The notes below the pieces were generated by a model, which worked only from the letters and a program-made list of their open reading frames with translations, ran no database searches and had not been told where the DNA came from. From assembly GCA_963771355.1 (NCBI GenBank), contig CAVYTA010000006.1, positions 1,792,001 through 1,856,000 of the forward strand: a stretch of 64,000 bases of DNA. Direction: 5' to 3'. The DNA comes from an uncultured Candidatus Rokubacteria bacterium (GTDB taxonomy: Bacteria; Methylomirabilota; Methylomirabilia; Rokubacteriales; CSP1-6). A program made the translations under genes and the position numbers. Shown piece after piece: positions 57,897 to 64,000 of this stretch (within the stretch, counting starts at the first letter, position 1; every line of letters starts with the position of its first letter).

Positions 57897-59503
57897 ACCT
57901 GGTCGAAGCTGGAATACAGCGCGATGGGGCCGCGGAAGACGTCCTGGACGCGCCGGTTGTACACGGTGGTGGTGCCCATCTCCATGAGCCAGAGCACGGG
58001 CAGGTCCTCGACCAGGATCTCCTGCACTTTCTTGTATTGCTGGACGCGTATGGCGGGGTTCATCTCGCGCCCCGCCGCCGCGAAGAGGTGGTCCACGGCG
58101 GGATTGTTGTAGCTCATCGAGTTGGTGAACGGCACGCCCTTGAGGATATTGGTCGAGATATAGGTCCGCTCCACCCCGATCGCCGGATCCGCGTAGTTGT
58201 TGCTGAAGGTCGAGGTGAGCTGGAAATCCCAGTCGGTGTAGACGCGCTTGAGCCAGCCCGGCAGATCGGAGGCGCGCGTGGTGACGCGGATGCCGACCTT
58301 ACCCAGCGCCTGCTTGACGTACTCGGCCAGGCGCACCCAGTTCTCGCCGTATGGCAGAAAGTCCTGGGTGAGGTCGAAGCGGACGCCGCCGGCGCCGCGC
58401 TTGAAGCCCGCCTCGTCGAGCAGGCGCTCGGCGGCGGCGGGATCGAAGGGATAGCGCCGCACCGCCGGGTTGTAGAAGGTGGAATTCCCGCTCACGATGG
58501 GCCCGGTGGCGGGCTTCCCCACCCCGAACCAGATGGTGTCCACCACCACCTTCTTGTCGATGGCCTGGGCCAGCGCGCGACGCACCCTCACGTCCGACAG
58601 ATGCTTGTCGCGGAGGTTCAGCTCCAGCCACATCAGCGGGCCCAGCGCCTCGTAGCCGCGGTCGGTGGAGGCCAGATGCGGCAGCTTGACCAGACGCCCG
58701 ATCTCCGCCTCGGGCACCGCGCCGGAGGGCGCCAGATCCACCTCGCCCGTCTCGAGCGCGGCCACCCGCGCGCCGCCATCCGGGATCACCTTGTAGATGA
58801 TGCGGTCGAGATACGGCCGCCCCCGCTTCCAGTAGTCCGGGTTCTTTCCGAGCACCAGATAGCTCCCGCGCGCCCACTCGGTGAGCTTGAAGGGCCCCGT
58901 CCCCACCGGCTGATTGTTGAAGGCGCTCTTCCGGAAGTCGGTCTCGTTCTCGAGGAGATGCCGCGGGAAGATCGGCACCTCGGTGGGCTGGAATACCGAC
59001 AGGAAATGCGCCTGGGGCGCCGAGAGCCGGAAGATCACGGTGTGCTCGTCGGGGGTCTCGATGGCGCGGAGGTCGCGGAAATTGGCGCGCCCGCGCGAGT
59101 GGAGCGGGCGGACGATCCTCTCCACCGAGAACTTCACGTCCGCGCTCGTGAAGGGCTTGCCATCGTGGAACTTCACCCCTCGCTGGAGCTTGAAGGTCCA
59201 GGTGAGACCGTCCGGGGTGACGCTCCAGGACTGGGCGAGCGCGGGCACCGGCTTCATGCCGGTCTCGTAGGCGAGCAGGCTCTCGAAGATCTTGCTCGCC
59301 ACCAGCGCGGTGGGCACCGCGGTGGTGGCAATGGTGGTGAGCGCGGTCGGCTCGGGATGGAAGGAGAGCGTGAGGGTACCCCCCGCGCGGGGGGCCGCCG
59401 CCGGCGTCGGGGCGGCCGGGGCCTGAGCCTCGACTTTCACGGCCGCGGCGAGGACGACGGCGCCCGCGATGAGGAGCGCCGCCGCCCGCACCCTGCCTCT
59501 CAC
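57881..59503 (-). CDS. Peptide/nickel-type ABC substrate-binding protein (family 5)
   Basis: LAQSW..SxDG, VKFHDG..FTSADVKFS and PVGTGPF motifs; GTGA overlap with the upstream gene. Confidence 0.88.
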   Translation of the reverse strand: MRGRVRAAALLIAGAVVLAAAVKVEAQAPAAPTPAAAPRAGGTLTLSFHPEPTALTTIATTAVPTALVASKIFESLLAYETGMKPVPALAQSWSVTPDGLTWTFKLQRGVKFHDGKPFTSADVKFSVERIVRPLHSRGRANFRDLRAIETPDEHTVIFRLSAPQAHFLSVFQPTEVPIFPRHLLENETDFRKSAFNNQPVGTGPFKLTEWARGSYLVLGKNPDYWKRGRPYLDRIIYKVIPDGGARVAALETGEVDLAPSGAVPEAEIGRLVKLPHLASTDRGYEALGPLMWLELNLRDKHLSDVRVRRALAQAIDKKVVVDTIWFGVGKPATGPIVSGNSTFYNPAVRRYPFDPAAAERLLDEAGFKRGAGGVRFDLTQDFLPYGENWVRLAEYVKQALGKVGIRVTTRASDLPGWLKRVYTDWDFQLTSTFSNNYADPAIGVERTYISTNILKGVPFTNSMSYNNPAVDHLFAAAGREMNPAIRVQQYKKVQEILVEDLPVLWLMEMGTTTVYNRRVQDVFRGPIALYSSFDQVWLSK

Positions 59504-60828
59504 GCACGCGCCCCGAGAACCCGCTTCACCGCTTCCACGAATCGGTCCACGTCGGCGTCGGTCATGGCCAGCGAGCAGGCCCCGAGCCCGCGCTGGGAGA
59601 TCAGGAAGCCCTCGTTGATCAAGGCCATGAAAGTCTCCACCGACGCGGTGGGGTCGGCCGGCCGCTGCGAGCGATAGTCGGTGAGCCGCTTCTTGGTGTG
59701 GTGCAGCCAGAAGAGCGAGCCCGTGCCGGTGATCTGGCCGGGATACTTGAGGGACCGCAGTGCCTTCGCGACCCCCGCGCGCAGGCGGTCGCCGAGGGCG
59801 TCGAGCCGCGCATATGCCTCCGGCGTGAGCTGCTCCATGGTGGCTACCCCGCCCGCCATGGTGAGCGGATTGGCGTTGAAGGTGCCGCCGTGATTGATCC
59901 GCCCCTTGCCCCCGCGTGGATCGTAGTAGTTCATCACCTCCGCGCGGCCGCCGAAGGCGCCCACCGCGAGACCGCCCCCGATGATCTTGCCGAGCGTGGT
60001 GAGATCGGGCCGGATGCCGAAGCGCTGCTGCGCGCCGCCGGTCGCCACCCGAAATGAAATCACCTCGTCGAAGATGAGGAGGATGCCGAGCTTCGCGGTG
60101 GCCGCGCGCAGGCCCTCGAGGAAGCCCTCTGCCACCGGGATCATCCCGGCATTGGCGAGCATGGGGTCGATGATGAGGGCGGCCAGATCCCCCGCTTCCT
60201 TCTCGAGAATCTTCACGCAGGCGTCGAGGTCGTTCCAGGGCAGCACCACCACGTGCTTCATCACCGCCGCCGGCACCCCCGCCGACCACGCCACCGACTT
60301 GGGCCGCTTGCGCGAGCCCCCCTGCCCTTCCTCGGTGGACACGCTCACCAGCACCCAGTCGTGGGTGCCGTGATAGGCGCCCTCGAACTTGGCGATCTTC
60401 GACTTTCCGGTGAACGCGCGGGCCACTCGGATGGCGTGCATGGTGGCCTCGGTGCCGGAGTTGGCGAACCGGACGACCTCCATGGTGGGAATACGCCGGG
60501 TGAGGATCTCGGCGAGCCGGATCTCGTGCTCGCTGGGGCCGGGGAAGGACATCCCGTGCACCGCCGCGTCCTGGATGGCCTGGACCACTGCCGGATTGGC
60601 GTGGCCCAGGATCAAGCTCGTGTAGTTGCCGTTGAAGTCCAGCCGCTCGTTCCCGTCCGCGTCCCAGATCCGCGCCCCCGCCCCGCGGGCGATGTAGAAG
60701 GGATATGGATCGAAGAAGGTAGTGGTGCGGCTGTTCCCGCCGGGCATGACGCGCAGCGCGTCCTCGAAGAGCTGGCGGGAGCGGGGCGTCTTGGCCTGAT
60801 AGTCGCGGATGGTGGTCTCGAGCGTCAT
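59500..60828 (-). CDS. Class III aminotransferase (glutamate-1-semialdehyde aminomutase-like)
   Basis: MPGGNSR, NSGTEA, YHG, LIFDEVI, GKIIGGG and GTFNANP motifs. Confidence 0.85.
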   Translation of the reverse strand: MTLETTIRDYQAKTPRSRQLFEDALRVMPGGNSRTTTFFDPYPFYIARGAGARIWDADGNERLDFNGNYTSLILGHANPAVVQAIQDAAVHGMSFPGPSEHEIRLAEILTRRIPTMEVVRFANSGTEATMHAIRVARAFTGKSKIAKFEGAYHGTHDWVLVSVSTEEGQGGSRKRPKSVAWSAGVPAAVMKHVVVLPWNDLDACVKILEKEAGDLAALIIDPMLANAGMIPVAEGFLEGLRAATAKLGILLIFDEVISFRVATGGAQQRFGIRPDLTTLGKIIGGGLAVGAFGGRAEVMNYYDPRGGKGRINHGGTFNANPLTMAGGVATMEQLTPEAYARLDALGDRLRAGVAKALRSLKYPGQITGTGSLFWLHHTKKRLTDYRSQRPADPTASVETFMALINEGFLISQRGLGACSLAMTDADVDRFVEAVKRVLGARA

Positions 60829-60849
60829 AGTGAAGCCTCCATGGTCAGG

Positions 60850-61779
60850 TTAAGCGATCGCGGATTCGAGCGCGGCGCGGCGCGCCGCGAGGACGGCATG
60901 CGCTTCCGCCACCTCCACATGCTTGAAGCGGAGCTTCTGCCCGGGCTTGACCTGCCCGACACGGCCGATGTCGTACGAGCACACGGCGCCGATCTTCGTG
61001 TAGCCCCCGGCGGTTTGCCGGTCCACCAGCAGCACGATGGGCTGCCCGTCCCCGATCACCTGGATCCCGCCCAGCGGGATGCCGTCCGAGATGATGTCGT
61101 GGCCGCGCGCATGCTCGATGCACAGGCCCCGGAAGCGGGCGCCCATCCGGTCCGACTGGGGTAGCATCTCATACGCGCCCTCGAAGAGGGCGGCGATCCC
61201 GGCGGGGGTGAAGCGATCGGCCTGGGGGCCGAGGATGGTGGCGATGTCGGGCTCCCCGCCATGGAGGGGAATGCGCTCGGCGCGCACCCTCCTCTCGCCC
61301 GCCGCCCCGGCCGGCGCACCCAGCGGCAACACGTCGTCTCTTCGGATGGCGCGCCCACTCATGCCGCCGAGGGCGCCGCGGAGATAGGTCGCGCGCGAGC
61401 CGAGGGCGAGCGGCGTGGCGAGGCCGCCGGAGATGGCGAGATAGGCGCGCACGCCGGCCCGCGCGGCTCCGATCTTGAGGACGCCGCCCGCGCGCACCGG
61501 GAACGAGGCCCAGCGGGGCATCTCCGCTCCGTCGAGGGTGACGGGGATCTCGGCGCCGGTGACCGCCACCCAGCGCGCGTCCCCGAACTCCAGCCGCGGG
61601 CCCATGAGCGTGCACTCGAGCCCGGCGGCGCCGTCGGGATTGCCCACGAGCCGATTGGCGAGCACGAAGGCCTCGCGGTCCACCGGTCCCGACGGCGGAA
61701 TGCCGACGCGGAGGTGGCCGGCACGGCCGAGATCCTGGACGGTGGTGAGCGGGCCCGCGTCGAGCACCTTGACGCTCAT
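60850..61779 (-). CDS. pxpC: 5-oxoprolinase subunit C / allophanate hydrolase subunit 2-like protein
   Basis: TVQDLGR, ANRLVGN, SDRMG and DRQTAGGY motifs. Confidence 0.82.
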   Translation of the reverse strand: MSVKVLDAGPLTTVQDLGRAGHLRVGIPPSGPVDREAFVLANRLVGNPDGAAGLECTLMGPRLEFGDARWVAVTGAEIPVTLDGAEMPRWASFPVRAGGVLKIGAARAGVRAYLAISGGLATPLALGSRATYLRGALGGMSGRAIRRDDVLPLGAPAGAAGERRVRAERIPLHGGEPDIATILGPQADRFTPAGIAALFEGAYEMLPQSDRMGARFRGLCIEHARGHDIISDGIPLGGIQVIGDGQPIVLLVDRQTAGGYTKIGAVCSYDIGRVGQVKPGQKLRFKHVEVAEAHAVLAARRAALESAIA

Positions 61780-62507
61780 CGCGCCTCCGTCACCCGCGGC
61801 CGGAAGCGGCCCGCCGCCACCTCGGCCGCGGCCGCGTCGTACTCGGCGCGCTCGACGGGGCGGAAGCGCACCTGATCTCCGGCCCGCAGGAGGATGGGAT
61901 CAGCGGCGGCGGGATCGTACAGTCGCGCCGGCGTGCGGCCGAGCACCCAGAACCCGCCCGGGCTCTCCACCGAGTAGATGCAGCACTGGACGCCGCCGAT
62001 GGCCACGCTGCCCGGCGGTGTCTTGGTGCGCGGGTTGACGAGGCGGGGAATATTGAGCCGCTCGGGCATCCCCGTCATGTAGGGCAGGCCGGGGGTGAAG
62101 CCCACGAAGTAGACGTGGTAGGTGGCGCCGGCGTGCAGCCGCACCATCTCGTCGGGCGCCAGGCCCAGCTTGGCGGCGGCGGCCTCCAGCTCGAACCCGA
62201 GCTCGCCGCCATAGCAGCAGGGCAGCTCCACCGTGCGCGCGGGCGGCAGCACCTCGGGCCGCGCTTCCGCGGCCAGCGCGCGGAGGGTGGCGTTGACCTC
62301 GTCGGCGGCGATGACGGCCGGATCGTAGTAGACGAGCAGCGAGCGGTACGTGGGGAGCGTTTCGGTGATCCCCGGGACCGCCTTCTGCTGGAGCAGGTAT
62401 TCGAGCGCCAGGACCCGCGCATTGACCTCGCGGTTGATCTCGTCGGCCAGCTCCACCGACACGGCGAGGTCGCCGCAGGGCAGGAGGCGCGGCTCGGGAT
62501 AGATCAC
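61776..62507 (-). CDS. pxpB: 5-oxoprolinase subunit B / allophanate hydrolase subunit 1-like protein
   Basis: P.YRSLLV.YD, GFTPGLPY, GSVAIGG and SPGGF..LGRT motifs. Confidence 0.82.
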   Translation of the reverse strand: MIYPEPRLLPCGDLAVSVELADEINREVNARVLALEYLLQQKAVPGITETLPTYRSLLVYYDPAVIAADEVNATLRALAAEARPEVLPPARTVELPCCYGGELGFELEAAAAKLGLAPDEMVRLHAGATYHVYFVGFTPGLPYMTGMPERLNIPRLVNPRTKTPPGSVAIGGVQCCIYSVESPGGFWVLGRTPARLYDPAAADPILLRAGDQVRFRPVERAEYDAAAAEVAAGRFRPRVTEAR

Positions 62508-62522
62508 CCGGGCGGGCCTGCC

Positions 62523-63311
62523 CTAGATCGCCGCCAGCTGGTGGTTCGGCAGGTCGGTGACGAACATGTGGCCGGGGCTGTGGGTGATCATGAACTCCGG
62601 CTTGGAGGCGAGCGCCACCGCCTGAGGCGTCACGCCGCAGGCCCAGAACACCGGGACCTCGCCCGGCTGGATCCCCACGAAATCGCCCCAGTCCGGCCGC
62701 GTCACGTCCTTGATGCCGATGGCGGCGGGATCGCCCACCTGGACCGGCGCGCCGTGGGCATTGGGAAAGCGCGCGGAGGCGGTCACTGCCTTGGAGATCA
62801 TGCTCTGGGGGATCGGGCGCATCGAGACCACCATGGGGCCGTGGAAGCGCCCCGCCGGCCGGCATTCCACGGAGGTCTTCCACATCGCCACGTTCTTGCC
62901 CTGCTCGATGTGGCGCATGGGTATGCCGGCGTCGAGCAGCGCCCACTCGAAGGTGAAGGAGCAGCCGAGGAGGAAGGACACCAGGTCGTCGCGCCAGAAG
63001 GGCGTGATATCGGTGACCTCGTCGGCCATCACGCCGTCCTTGTAGATGCGGTAGCGCGGGAGGTCCGTGCGGAGGTCGGCGCCCGGCGCCACCCCCACCG
63101 GCTCGGGCGAGCCCGCGTCGGTCACCTCGATGAGCGGGCACGGGCGCGGGTTGCGCTGGCAGAAGAGGAGGAAGTCGTAGGCGGCATCCCGGGGCAGGAT
63201 GGCGAGATTGGCCTGGACGAAGCCGGGGGCCAAGCCCGCGGTCACGCCCGTGAGCGCTCCGCGGCGAATATCCGCTCGGATCTCCTTCGGATGGCGCGCG
63301 TCGATCGGCAT
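62523..63311 (-). CDS. D-glutamate cyclase family (DUF1445) putative hydro-lyase
   Basis: QANLAIL, FCQRNPRPCP, LGCSF, VVSMRP, FWACGVTPQ and THSPGHM motifs. Confidence 0.85.
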   Translation of the reverse strand: MPIDARHPKEIRADIRRGALTGVTAGLAPGFVQANLAILPRDAAYDFLLFCQRNPRPCPLIEVTDAGSPEPVGVAPGADLRTDLPRYRIYKDGVMADEVTDITPFWRDDLVSFLLGCSFTFEWALLDAGIPMRHIEQGKNVAMWKTSVECRPAGRFHGPMVVSMRPIPQSMISKAVTASARFPNAHGAPVQVGDPAAIGIKDVTRPDWGDFVGIQPGEVPVFWACGVTPQAVALASKPEFMITHSPGHMFVTDLPNHQLAAI

Positions 63312-63324
63312 GGTGGTCTCCAGC

Positions 63325-64000
63325 CTACTTGAGATGGCCGAGCTTCGGCCAGCAGTCGGGGTTGGCAAGCACGTGCGGCTTCTCGCCGCGCAGCACGCGG
63401 AGCATCTCCTCGGTCACCTGGAGGGCCATCCCCCGCATGGTCTCGCGCGTCACGCCCGCGATGTGCGGCGACACGACGACCTGATCCAGCTGGAGCAGGC
63501 GGTTGTCCGAGGACACCGGCTCCTCCTCGAACACGTCCAGGCCGGCGGCGCGGATCTTTCCACTCTCCAGCCCCGCCAGCAGCGCGGACTCGTCCTGGGT
63601 CTTGCCGCGCGAGGTGTTGATGAAGATGACGCCGGGCTTCATCTGGGCCACCGCGGCGGCGTCGATCATGTGATGCGTTTCCTTGGTGTGCGGCGTGTGG
63701 CAGGTCACCACGTCGGCGGCGCGCAGCACCGAGGCCAGATCCGGCATGGGCTCCACCCCGCGGTTCCGGAGCTCGTCGGCGGATACGTACTTGTCGTAGC
63801 CGATCACCTTCATGCCCAGCGCTCCCGCCGTTTTCGCCACCCGCCGGCCGATATTGCCCACGCCGATGATACCCAGCGTCTTGCCGTCCATCTCCAGGAG
63901 CGACTCCCACCGCCCCTTGCCCCAGTCCGCCTTGCGCGTGCGCTGGTCCACCACCACCGCCTGCTTGGCGCAGGCGAGCATGAGCATGACGGCGTGCTCG
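63325..64000 (-). CDS. D-isomer specific 2-hydroxyacid dehydrogenase (5' partial)
   Basis: GIIGVGNIG, INTSRG, AGLDVFEEEP and SPHIAG motifs. The frame is open to the window end. Confidence 0.88.
   Translation of the reverse strand, partial: EHAVMLMLACAKQAVVVDQRTRKADWGKGRWESLLEMDGKTLGIIGVGNIGRRVAKTAGALGMKVIGYDKYVSADELRNRGVEPMPDLASVLRAADVVTCHTPHTKETHHMIDAAAVAQMKPGVIFINTSRGKTQDESALLAGLESGKIRAAGLDVFEEEPVSSDNRLLQLDQVVVSPHIAGVTRETMRGMALQVTEEMLRVLRGEKPHVLANPDCWPKLGHLK

Noticed and set aside
59500..60828. Calling the class III aminotransferase hemL
   Set aside because: It is HemL-like but divergent (GNSRTT rather than GVNSPVR) and sits in a catabolic rather than tetrapyrrole context.
1..64000. rRNA, tRNA (including tRNA-Sec), CRISPR arrays, transposases or phage genes
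   Set aside because: None recognised. Intergenic spaces are all short (under about 175 nt) and show no such patterns by eye; tRNAscan or Infernal would be needed to exclude small RNAs.

Overview
A very GC-rich bacterial chromosomal window with about 68 densely packed protein-coding genes. The gene content is compatible with a soil Rokubacteria/Methylomirabilota-like organism, but that is only an inference. I recognised no rRNA, tRNA, CRISPR array or mobile element. Main blocks: (i) 1-17 kb, catabolic and transport genes: cyclase, tautomerase, DHDPS-like enzyme, a DUF547-radical SAM fusion, two NitT/TauT-type ABC systems, an LLM oxidoreductase, enolase-like and DHODH-like proteins, and an amidase; (ii) lgt divergent from tolQ-tolR-tolA-tolB-pal-cpoB; (iii) a predicted ECF-promoter operon holding two tandem, signal-peptide-bearing selenoprotein candidates (a 1-Sec peroxiredoxin and a UxxC TlpA-like thioredoxin), which the ORF track splits at in-frame UGA codons; (iv) a GldA/F/G-like ABC system with DUF4340, and a diguanylate cyclase; (v) fhs, a thioesterase, a DUF151 protein and a short AAA+ ATPase ending in the proteasome-docking motif GQYL; (vi) pepA, a lipoate ligase and gcvT-H-PA-PB; (vii) a D-glutamate cyclase/pxpBC/aminotransferase/M20 cluster. 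About six single-base frameshifts, two of them in homopolymer runs, look like sequencing or assembly errors. The best candidates for something new are the GQYL-tailed minimal AAA+ ATPase, the exported Sec-Prx/Sec-TlpA pair and the DUF547-radical SAM fusion. All family assignments come from motif recognition by eye; no database searches were run.
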